From contig JBJKQR010000032.1 in NCBI GenBank assembly GCA_046735395.1, positions 1 to 22,217 of the forward strand: a stretch of DNA of 22,217 nt, read 5' to 3'. Both the position numbers and the translations under genes were made by a program. The DNA comes from Fidelibacterota bacterium. Its GTDB lineage: Bacteria; Fidelibacterota; Fidelibacteria; Fidelibacterales; DSDE01. The stretch's first letter is position 1. Every line of letters begins with the position of its first letter. The notes under the pieces are model-generated. The model searched no databases, was not told where the DNA came from, and saw only the letters and a list, made by a program, of their open reading frames with translations. Below, in pieces: positions 7,790 to 15,905 of the stretch.

Positions 7790-10038
7790 GTTCAGTGGAA
7801 ACAGCATCTCCAGCGAGGAATGACGCGGTCGCCAAGGTAACGGGCCGCGCAAAATATGCTGATGATCTGAAATTTTACGGAATGCTCCATGCCGTACCGG
7901 TTTATACGGATGAGGTGCATGCCCGCATTCTTGAGATTGATGCGGAAAAAGCTATACAGGCGCCGGGTGTGATCCGGGTTATTTGTGCGCGTGATATTCC
8001 CGGAGCGCAGAAATACGGACAGATTCAGCAGGATTATGCTCTGCTCGCGTCCGACCGGATTCGCATGCATGGGGATGTGGTGGCGCTCGTCGTGGCCGAG
8101 ACACGGGAACAGGCTCTGGCTGCCCTTCTTCTGATTGATGTGAAAACCGAAGCGTTGCCGCTGCTGACCGATCCGGAAGAGGCCCGGAAGGACCGGATTC
8201 TGATCCATGAGGACAAGGGAAGCAATATAGTGGTCCACCATAAGATCCGGCGCGGCGATCCGGGCCATGATCTTGAGGCGAGTGACATTATTTTGGAACG
8301 GGATTACAGCACCCAGCGCATCGAACATGCCTACATGGAGCCGGAATCTGCCGTGGCTGTACCGCGGGATGATGGTGTCATGGAAATATACGGATCCGTG
8401 CAGCATCCCTTTACCGCCCGTCGTTTCACCGCTGCCATCCTGGGGCGGAAACTGAATGATGTGGAGATCCGCGGTATATACAGCGGCGGGGGCTTCGGCG
8501 GAAAGGATGATACCGCATCCATTGTCTGTGCCCGGGCCGCATTGGCCGCTCAGCTCTGCGGACGGCCGGTCAAACTCACCTACGACCGGGAGTGGAGTAT
8601 GCGGGAGAGCTATAAACGCCATCCCTATACATTGAAATACCGGATGGGACTCAGCCGGGACGGTCATATCCGCGCGGTTGAGGTGGACATGCTGGCCGAT
8701 GCCGGTGCCTATGCGTCCATGACGCCCTTTGTATTGTGGCGGTCAACGGTTCAGTGCTGCGGGCCTTATCGTGTTCCCTCCGTGAGGGCCGATGTGCGCG
8801 GGGTTCATACCAATAATGTTTTTACCGGTGCCATGCGCGGTTTCGGATCTCCCCAGGTGAATTTTGCCGTGGAGCAGCTTGTGGAGGAGGCGGCCGAGAC
8901 CCTGGGCATGAATGAACTGGAATTCCGGCGGCTTAATATGCTGCGTCAGGGAGATGAAAGTATTACAGGACAGATTCTGGATGGGCATACGGTGGCTCTG
9001 GAACAGGTTCTGGATAAAATCGTCCGGGGCTTTGATTATGAGGAAAAAGTTCGGAAATCCTCCTTCGGAAACGGTGATGGGGAAGAAATGTACGGTGCCG
9101 GGCTGGCTCTGAGTTATCGGGGAATGAGTCTGGGAGCCGAAGGGATGGATTTTGTCACGGCCATCATCAATGTGCAGTTTGACGGATCCATCCTCATTGA
9201 GGTGGGTGTTCATGAGAACGGACAGGGCGCGGAGACGGCGATGATCAGCATTGTGGAAAAGGAACTGGGCGTGAGCCGGTCCCGGATCCGCTACAACCGG
9301 CTGTCCACTTCCGTGATTCCCGACGGGGGCGCAACGGTGGCATCCCGGGCCACGCTCATGGGGGGCGGTGCGGCAGCCATTGCCGCCCGGAATCTGAAAG
9401 AACTCATATACCGGACCTTGTCCGATCGTTTTTACTGCTCCTTTGAACAGATGGAATTCCGGGGTGACAGGATTTATTTCGGTTCTGAATCCCTGTCCTT
9501 CGATGAGATGGTGGAGGAGATGTATCTGCACCAGACTCATCCCTACGCCACCGGAACCTTTCAGGCGCCCAAAGTGGACTGGGATGAGGAAAGCGGCCGG
9601 GGCAACGCATATTTCACCTGGGTGTACGGCTGCCAGGCCGTCGAGCTGACCGTGAACCGGAAAACGGGGAAGATTACCCTGCTGAATGCCTTGGCGGCTC
9701 ATGATATCGGGGAAGTGATACACCGTGACATGCTGCTGGGGCAGATTTACGGCGGAATGGTTATGGGCATGGGATATGCGCTGAAGGAAGATCTCAGGTC
9801 CGAAGACGGAAAAGTGAAGGATCTGAATCTGAATACCTACCGTCTCATGAGGGCGAAGGACATTCCTGATATGGATACGCTGCTGGTCACAAACCACGAT
9901 CCCCTGTCCCCGACGGGGGCGAAGGGAATCGGAGAACCGGCGCTGGAGATCACGGCTCCGGCCATTGCCAACGCCGTCTACAGGGCAACGGGACAGCGGC
10001 TGCGCTCTCTGCCGCTGAAGGTGGAGCTGCGCAGATGA
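7786..10038 (+). CDS. Xanthine dehydrogenase-family molybdopterin-binding large subunit
   Basis: AKVTGRAKYADD, HAYMEPE, GGGFGGK, DAGAYAS, AMRGFGSPQ, GQGAET, GQIYGG and GAKGIGEP (catalytic Glu). Start placed at ATG 7786 (ATGA overlap with the upstream stop, GAGG RBS) rather than 7708. Confidence 0.9.
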   Translation: MSSVETASPARNDAVAKVTGRAKYADDLKFYGMLHAVPVYTDEVHARILEIDAEKAIQAPGVIRVICARDIPGAQKYGQIQQDYALLASDRIRMHGDVVALVVAETREQALAALLLIDVKTEALPLLTDPEEARKDRILIHEDKGSNIVVHHKIRRGDPGHDLEASDIILERDYSTQRIEHAYMEPESAVAVPRDDGVMEIYGSVQHPFTARRFTAAILGRKLNDVEIRGIYSGGGFGGKDDTASIVCARAALAAQLCGRPVKLTYDREWSMRESYKRHPYTLKYRMGLSRDGHIRAVEVDMLADAGAYASMTPFVLWRSTVQCCGPYRVPSVRADVRGVHTNNVFTGAMRGFGSPQVNFAVEQLVEEAAETLGMNELEFRRLNMLRQGDESITGQILDGHTVALEQVLDKIVRGFDYEEKVRKSSFGNGDGEEMYGAGLALSYRGMSLGAEGMDFVTAIINVQFDGSILIEVGVHENGQGAETAMISIVEKELGVSRSRIRYNRLSTSVIPDGGATVASRATLMGGGAAAIAARNLKELIYRTLSDRFYCSFEQMEFRGDRIYFGSESLSFDEMVEEMYLHQTHPYATGTFQAPKVDWDEESGRGNAYFTWVYGCQAVELTVNRKTGKITLLNALAAHDIGEVIHRDMLLGQIYGGMVMGMGYALKEDLRSEDGKVKDLNLNTYRLMRAKDIPDMDTLLVTNHDPLSPTGAKGIGEPALEITAPAIANAVYRATGQRLRSLPLKVELRR

Positions 10039-10514
10039 CAATAATAATTAATGGAAAAAACTATCACCCTGATGAAATTCAGCAGGAAAAACTGCTGATG
10101 GAATATCTTCGTGAAGATCTGGATCTGACGGGAACGAAAAACGGCTGCGGCATCGGCGTCTGCGGATCCTGCACCGTCCTCATCGAAGGCAAGGCCCGGA
10201 AAGCCTGCGCAACGAAAGTCCGGGACTGCCTCGATCAGACGGTTCTGACCATTGAGGGTATGGAGAGTGCGGACGGCCGCCTGCATCCTCTGCAGCAGGC
10301 ATTTATTGATGCCGGGGCTATCCAGTGCGGTTTCTGTACGCCGGGAATGGTGCTGACGGGACATGCTCTGCTGCTGGCCCGGCCCGATGCCGGCCGGGAT
10401 GAGATAAAAAAGGCTCTGAACCCGGTGCTCTGCCGCTGCACCGGCTACCGGCAGATCATTGATGCCGTTGAGAGTGCAAAGCCTTTCTACAAGGTGAAGA
10501 ATAACCAGGATTAG
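10035..10514 (+). CDS. 2x[2Fe-2S] small subunit of a xanthine dehydrogenase-family enzyme (CoxS-like)
   Basis: GTKNGCGIGVCGSCTV...AC, QCGFCTPG and LCRCTGY. ATGA overlap with the large subunit. Confidence 0.93.
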   Translation: MTIIINGKNYHPDEIQQEKLLMEYLREDLDLTGTKNGCGIGVCGSCTVLIEGKARKACATKVRDCLDQTVLTIEGMESADGRLHPLQQAFIDAGAIQCGFCTPGMVLTGHALLLARPDAGRDEIKKALNPVLCRCTGYRQIIDAVESAKPFYKVKNNQD

Positions 10515-10560
10515 AAAAACACGTTACAGGGGCTGAGACAGCCCGGGAGAAACGCAGAAT

Positions 10561-11733
10561 ATGAATCAGAAACTCAGTGGTAAAATTTCCAGGCTCGAAG
10601 CGCTGAATCCGTCTATGCAGAATCAGGATTACCTTCTGACCTGGCAGAAAAAGGAACAGGAAATCAAGAGTCTGCTGCTGACCGCGGAAATTCTCATGGA
10701 CATGCATAAAGCAGGGAATAGCACGCGTATCTTCAATTCCGGCCTGGCTATTTCCATTTTCCGGGACAACAGCACCCGCACGCGCTTTTCCTATGCGTCT
10801 GCCGTAAATCTGCTGGGCCTGGGACTCTCCGAGCTGGATGAGGAAAAATCCCAGGTCGCCCATGGGGAAACGGTGATGGAAACGGCCAACATGATCAGTT
10901 TTCTCACCGAGGCCATCGGTATCCGGGATGACATGTATCTGGGTGAAGGGAATTCCTATATGGAAAAAATGATTGAAGCCGTCACCTTCGGCTATGATCA
11001 GGGAATTCTCCATCAGAAGCCGACCATCGTCAATCTGCAGAGCGACATCGATCATCCGACGCAGACGCTGGCGGATCTGAGCAAACTCAGCCTGCATTTC
11101 GGGGGACTTGAGAATCTTCGCGGAAAAAAACTGGCCATGTCCTGGGCCTATTCCCCGTCCTATGGAAAACCCCTGTCCGTACCGCAGGGAATCATCGGCC
11201 TCATGACCCGTTTCGGCATGGAAGTGACGCTGGCCTATCCGGAAGGCTACGACCTGCTGCCTGACGTAACAGCCATCGCTGAGAAGAATGCGGAAGAGAG
11301 CGGCGGACAATTTCGGGTGACCTCGTCCATGGCGGATGCCTTTAAGGACGCGGATGTGGTCTATCCCAAATCCTGGGCGCCCTTTCAGGTCATGGAACGC
11401 CGGACCGAGCTGCTCAAGAAGAAAGACCGGAGCGGACTGGTTGATCTGGAGCGGGAATGCCTGGATTCCAATGCCCGCTATACGGACTGGGAATGCAATG
11501 AAGATATGATGGCCCTGACCCGGAACGGATCCGCACTCTACCAGCACTGCCTGCCGGCTGACATCAGCGGTGTGAGCTGTGAGACCGGTGAAGTGTCTGC
11601 AAATGTATTCAATCGTTACAAGGTGGATACCTATCAGCAGGCCGGCTACAAGCCCTTTATCATCGCGGCCATGATTTTCCTGTCAAAGGTGAAAAATCCG
11701 GCTGCCACACTGAAGGAACTTCTTAAAAAATAG
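10561..11733 (+). CDS. ygeW: YgeW-family (knotted) carbamoyltransferase
   Basis: FRDNSTRTRFS (carbamoyl-phosphate-binding STRT), GIRDDMYLG, DHPTQ, WAYSPSYGKPLSVPQG, VYPKSWAP and HCLPADISGVSC, which are YgeW signatures. Confidence 0.92.
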   Translation: MNQKLSGKISRLEALNPSMQNQDYLLTWQKKEQEIKSLLLTAEILMDMHKAGNSTRIFNSGLAISIFRDNSTRTRFSYASAVNLLGLGLSELDEEKSQVAHGETVMETANMISFLTEAIGIRDDMYLGEGNSYMEKMIEAVTFGYDQGILHQKPTIVNLQSDIDHPTQTLADLSKLSLHFGGLENLRGKKLAMSWAYSPSYGKPLSVPQGIIGLMTRFGMEVTLAYPEGYDLLPDVTAIAEKNAEESGGQFRVTSSMADAFKDADVVYPKSWAPFQVMERRTELLKKKDRSGLVDLERECLDSNARYTDWECNEDMMALTRNGSALYQHCLPADISGVSCETGEVSANVFNRYKVDTYQQAGYKPFIIAAMIFLSKVKNPAATLKELLKK

Positions 11734-11778
11734 AAAATACTGCGCGATTTGCAGCATTATGATGAATGGAGAATTGAA

Positions 11779-13239
11779 TTGAATACTGAACAGATTTTAG
11801 CCAATACGGTGCAGAGATGCCGTGAACGGAACATTATCATTCCCACCTATAAACAGATGAGAAATCCGGATCTGATCCCGGAGGCCATCGTCGCCCGGCT
11901 GAAGAAGCTGGGGCTATGGGATCTTTCCTCCGAAAACCTTTTCCGCATCACCTGGAAAAATGAGGCGGTTCCCTTTGGCGGGGGCTTCGGGGATGTGAAT
12001 TATCTCGAACTGCCGCCGGAGCTGACCGGTGTGAAGGCCCGCATCGTCATGCTGGTTGGAAAATATTTTCCCACCGGAGCTCACAAGGTGGGCGCCACCT
12101 TCGGCCCGTTGGTGGAAAAACTGATCAGCGGCAGGTTTGACCCCACGCGTCAGAAGGCGCTGTGGCCCAGTACGGGAAATTACTGCCGCGGCGGCGCCTA
12201 TGACAGCTATCTCCTCGGCTGTGAATCCATTGCCGTGCTGCCGGAAGGCATGAGCCGCGAACGCTTTGACTGGCTGAAGAAGGTGGGTGCGGAAATCCAT
12301 GCCACCGCCGGAAGTGAAAGCAATGTGAAGGAAATCTATGACAAGGTCAAGGAGCTCCTGGCTGAACGCGGCGATGAAATCGTGAATCTGAATCAGTTTG
12401 AGGAATTTGGAAATCCCATGTGGCATTTTGCCGTGACCGGACCGGCCATGGAGGAGGTCTTTCACAAAATCGGCGGAGAGGACAGCCGGCTCAGCGGCCT
12501 GTTCCTGACTCAGGGATCTGCCGGAACTCTGGGAAGCGGCGATTATCTCCGTACGCGTTTTCCCTCCATGAAAATCGCTGCCGGTGAGGCCGCCCAGTGT
12601 CCAACGCTGCTGTATAACGGTTACGGGGCCCACCGGATCGAGGGCATCGGCGACAAGCATGTGCCCTGGGTTCATAATATCCGCAATATGGATATGGTCA
12701 TTGCACTGGATGATACTCCGAATATCCGTATCATGCGCCTGTTCAATGAGGAGGCAGGACATGCCCTGCTGAAAAAATCCGGTGTGGATCCGCAGTTGGT
12801 GGACAGACTGAACCTGCTGGGCATTTCCGGTATCGCCAATATGATGGGGGCCATCAAGATGGCCAAATATTATGAAATGACGGAAAAGGATGTGATCTTT
12901 ACGGTGGGCACGGATTCCATGGAAATGTACGGAAGCCGGCTTCAGGAGGAACGGGATGCGCACGGACGCTTTACGGAAACCGATGCGGCCGTATCTCTGG
13001 ACGCGGATCTGATGGGCCTGGGCCTGGATAATATGATCGAAATGTCCTATTACGATAAAAAACGTATGCATAATCTGAAATATTTCACCTGGATTGAGCA
13101 GCAGGGCAAGACGGTTGAGGAGCTGGACCGTCAGTGGTATGACGACAGTTACTGGAGTGACCGCTATGCCCAGGTTGATGAATGGGATGCGAAAATCGAG
13201 GAATTCAACGAACGGACAGGACTGCTGAAAGCGCTGTGA
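11779..13239 (+). CDS. PLP-dependent enzyme, fold type II (cysteine synthase/Trp synthase beta-like), uncharacterised subfamily
   Basis: PLP-lysine motif FPTGAHKVG, PSTGNYCRGG, LPEGMSRER, LNQFEEFGN, QGSAGT glycine loop and HRIEGIG. Start inferred at TTG 11779 with GGAG 7 nt upstream; the alternative is TTG 11749. Confidence 0.8.
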   Translation: MNTEQILANTVQRCRERNIIIPTYKQMRNPDLIPEAIVARLKKLGLWDLSSENLFRITWKNEAVPFGGGFGDVNYLELPPELTGVKARIVMLVGKYFPTGAHKVGATFGPLVEKLISGRFDPTRQKALWPSTGNYCRGGAYDSYLLGCESIAVLPEGMSRERFDWLKKVGAEIHATAGSESNVKEIYDKVKELLAERGDEIVNLNQFEEFGNPMWHFAVTGPAMEEVFHKIGGEDSRLSGLFLTQGSAGTLGSGDYLRTRFPSMKIAAGEAAQCPTLLYNGYGAHRIEGIGDKHVPWVHNIRNMDMVIALDDTPNIRIMRLFNEEAGHALLKKSGVDPQLVDRLNLLGISGIANMMGAIKMAKYYEMTEKDVIFTVGTDSMEMYGSRLQEERDAHGRFTETDAAVSLDADLMGLGLDNMIEMSYYDKKRMHNLKYFTWIEQQGKTVEELDRQWYDDSYWSDRYAQVDEWDAKIEEFNERTGLLKAL

Positions 13240-13805
13240 GGCCGGCAATTATTCTGGCTGCCGGACGGGGTGAGCGCTGGGGAGGCCCCAAGCTCTTTGC
13301 CCGCTGGAAGGGCCGGAATTTCCTCGAAATGATCCTGGAAAAAGTAGCTGCCGCGGACCTGAGCCCCCGGGCTGTCGTCGTGGCTGAAGAATCACTGGCC
13401 CGGATTCACGAATTGCCGCCGGGCCCGGAATATGTGGTGAATCCCCAACCTGAAAAGGGTATGATCTCAAGTATTCTCAGCGGATCCCGGGCCTTCCCGG
13501 ACTGTGACGGCATCTATCTGCTTCCTGTGGATATTCCGTTTTTTCAGGCTGATACGCTGATCCGGCTTTCCGGCCGGGTTGCGGCCGATCCGGGCGCGGT
13601 TCATCTGCCCGTGTACGGGAATCGGGGCGGCCATCCCCTGTGGATACCGAACAGCCTGTTCCCCTTTCTGCCCGCAGAGGATGTGGACGGAGGCCTGCGG
13701 CGAATTATTGACAGATCCGGCCTGCAGGTCCGGACTCTCGCTGTGGAGGATGAAGGGATTCTGATGAATATGAATATGCCGGATAAAGATGGATACGCCG
13801 AATAA
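13236..13805 (+). CDS. mocA: Molybdenum cofactor cytidylyltransferase-like nucleotidyltransferase (MocA/YgfJ family)
   Basis: IILAAGRGERWGGPKL (LAAG is MocA-type, not MobA LAGG), VVNPQPEKGMISS, LPVDIP and GGHP. Start at GTG 13236 overlapping the upstream TGA (GTGA). Confidence 0.75.
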   Translation: MRPAIILAAGRGERWGGPKLFARWKGRNFLEMILEKVAAADLSPRAVVVAEESLARIHELPPGPEYVVNPQPEKGMISSILSGSRAFPDCDGIYLLPVDIPFFQADTLIRLSGRVAADPGAVHLPVYGNRGGHPLWIPNSLFPFLPAEDVDGGLRRIIDRSGLQVRTLAVEDEGILMNMNMPDKDGYAE

Positions 13806-14833
13806 TGGATGTAACAATACAGCGGGGCGCAGTCCTCGACTATGCTGAAAAACTGCTGGCCGCGTTTCAGCCGGACGGTCCGGGTGCGATTCTGGGAATA
13901 TTCCGGGCTAAGGATGAACCGCTCATCGTACACCGTGGTCTGGCGAAGCTCGGAACCGGAGAAAAGATAAATAATTCAACGCGTTTCCGTCTGGCTTCGG
14001 TGACCAAACCCTTTACGGCAACGGCGATTCTGCAGCTGACAGATGCGGGAAAACTGACCCTGGACACGGATCTGGCCAGTCTCTTTCCCTTTGCGCCGCA
14101 CTGGCGGGATATTCGCATTCTTCATCTTCTGGACCACAGTTCGGGGCTGCCGGATTATGAAGATCTGCTGCGGCCGACTCGTCGTCATCCCATCAGTGAC
14201 CGGGGTGTGCTGCGGCTTCTGTCCCGGCAGACGGCACGAAAATCCGATCCGGGGACACATTGGTCCTACAATAACGGCGCCTATTGCATTCTCAAGGAAA
14301 TTATCGAAAAGGTATCGGGACAATCTGTTGCGGAGTATATGGCCGGCCACATATTCGGGCCGCTGAGAATGACGGAGACGGTCATGGCCAATCGTACCCG
14401 CACCCGAATTCCGCACCGGGCCTATGGATATGCCCGGAATCAGAACAGGAATACCTTCATTTTCAGTGATCAGAATCTGACCAGTGCGACTCAGGGTGAC
14501 GGCAGTCTGTACTCGACGGCGTCGGACCTGGGAATCTGGGCGCGGGAATCATCCCGGCTTCTGTCTCCGGTTTTGCAGGCTCTGGCCCGTACTCCGCGGT
14601 TCAGTGCGGAAAATCCGGATGAATATTACGGACTGGGCCTGAGACTGAAAAAGCTGAACGGCTATTCCGTCGTCTATCATACGGGCTGGTCCGTCGGTTT
14701 TCGCAGCTGTATCTATTCCATTCCCGAAAAAGATCTCAGCATTGCGTATCTGTCAAATCTGGATGAGGGTGAAGGACAGTATTATGCAGAGCGAATGGCC
14801 CGCTTTATTCTGTCCGGCCCTGAAAAGGCTTAA
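13805..14833 (+). CDS. Serine hydrolase of the beta-lactamase class C/penicillin-binding family, no evident signal peptide
   Basis: FRLASVTK (SxxK), LLDHSSGL, WSYNNGAY (YxN) and YHTGWSVGF (HTG). TAATG stop/start overlap with mocA. Confidence 0.85.
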   Translation: MDVTIQRGAVLDYAEKLLAAFQPDGPGAILGIFRAKDEPLIVHRGLAKLGTGEKINNSTRFRLASVTKPFTATAILQLTDAGKLTLDTDLASLFPFAPHWRDIRILHLLDHSSGLPDYEDLLRPTRRHPISDRGVLRLLSRQTARKSDPGTHWSYNNGAYCILKEIIEKVSGQSVAEYMAGHIFGPLRMTETVMANRTRTRIPHRAYGYARNQNRNTFIFSDQNLTSATQGDGSLYSTASDLGIWARESSRLLSPVLQALARTPRFSAENPDEYYGLGLRLKKLNGYSVVYHTGWSVGFRSCIYSIPEKDLSIAYLSNLDEGEGQYYAERMARFILSGPEKA

Positions 14834-14849
14834 TAAATATTTTTGAATA

Positions 14850-15311
14850 TCAGTACGGCGTCTTATCTGTTTTTTCCAGCCACAGCCGGAAGGGGCGGAC
14901 GGCATCCTTCCCGATTGAGCGGATTTTCAGGTTCCGCTGCTCCGCTGTCCTGTCAAGCTCTTCATAAATGAATTCATCATCAAAACCGGCTGCTGCCGCG
15001 TCGTAGCGTGTCGCTCCGTACCAGAGCGCGTCCAGCCTGGCCCAGTAAACGGCGCCGAGACACATGGGACAGGGTTCGCAGCTGCTGTAGATTTCACAGC
15101 CGCTCAGATCGAAGGTCTGCAGAGTCCGGCAGGCGTCACGGATGGCCATGACTTCGGCGTGGGCCGTCGGGTCATTTCCTGCTGTCACGCGGTTCTGCCC
15201 CCGGCCGACGATGATTCCGTCCCTGACCACCACTGCGCCGAAAGGCCCGCCTTCATTATCAATATTTTTGCAGGCCAGTTCAATGGCCGTTTCCATAAAA
15301 TCCTGAGACAT
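14850..15311 (-). CDS. guaD: Guanine deaminase, cytidine-deaminase fold (Bacillus GuaD type)
   Basis: GGPFGAVVV, DPTAHAEV, SCEPCPMC (Zn site), AAAAGFDDEFIYEE and a C-terminal Tyr (KTPY), as in B. subtilis GuaD. GGAAAGGAAG RBS on the minus strand. Confidence 0.85.
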   Translation of the reverse strand: MSQDFMETAIELACKNIDNEGGPFGAVVVRDGIIVGRGQNRVTAGNDPTAHAEVMAIRDACRTLQTFDLSGCEIYSSCEPCPMCLGAVYWARLDALWYGATRYDAAAAGFDDEFIYEELDRTAEQRNLKIRSIGKDAVRPFRLWLEKTDKTPY

Positions 15312-15417
15312 CGTTTATCTCTTCCTTTCCGATCGCCGGATTATGTACTCTGTTTTGGTCACCGATCAGTAAGATACAAAATTCCTGAAGTGATGACAAA
15401 GAAAAGCTTATGAAGGA

Positions 15418-15740
15418 AGGAGCCAGGAGGCAGGATCCAGGAGGCAGGCCCGTCTACGTTTCGCTTCGCTCAGCTACGACGCGGCAGGTGAGTAGCGAGT
15501 AGCCCGTGCCCGTCTTCGTACTCCTTCGCCGCCCGTCAGCGGCTTCGGAGCACTTCGACGCGGCAAGAAAGAAGCTGGAAGCCGGAAGTTTGAAGCTTGC
15601 GTCGCCGGTTCCCGGCTCCTGAAACAGCCGTTCAAGAATACAAGTTAATATTCCCGAGACTGTCGGCTTTCACAGCAGGGCAGCTTCTCGTTTCTTCCTT
15701 ACTCTACCACTTTACTACTCTACCGCTCTACAATTCTACG
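15418..15740. repeat. Composite intergenic repeat, copy 1
   Basis: Read directly from the sequence: 4x AGGA(G/T)(G/C)C heptamers (15418-15445), palindromic modules GCCCGTC...GACGCGGCA (15448-15488 and 15508-15567), 2x YGAGTAG (15489-15502), 4x GAAGYYK heptamers (15571-15598), a 126-bp core (15558-15683) and 5x ACTCTACC-like octamers (15701-15740). The core matches 22091-22216 with 11 mismatches in 126 bp and no gaps by manual alignment. Confidence 0.9.
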
Positions 15741-15905
15741 ATTCAATTTTTTCCCATGTACGCAAACACGCGTCCGTATGAACGCCCGAGTCTGATTATC
15801 CGGGAAGGAGTTGCTGCAGGTATTTTCCGGTTCTGTATAAATTATTTGTTCCTTTCTTTTTTTTTTATATATTGAACTGATTTTATTTTATAGAAAGGTT
15901 CTGAT

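Noticed and set aside
13182..13235. Longer N-terminus for mocA
   Set aside because: It overlaps the upstream gene. GTG 13236 gives GTGA coupling, and the family begins just before IILAAG.
8743..13248. Long minus-strand ORFs (8743-10041, 10456-11547, 11914-13248)
   Set aside because: All are antisense to well-supported genes and lack protein motifs.
122..13805. Selenocysteine recoding in the selenium-linked cluster
   Set aside because: All genes are full length without in-frame TGA. The TGA stops fall at expected C-termini, often overlapping the next start.
15418..15740. Repeat as an integron attC site, tRNA or purine riboswitch
   Set aside because: No RYYYAAC/GTTRRRY ends, no cloverleaf with a T-loop, and no purine-aptamer core were visible.
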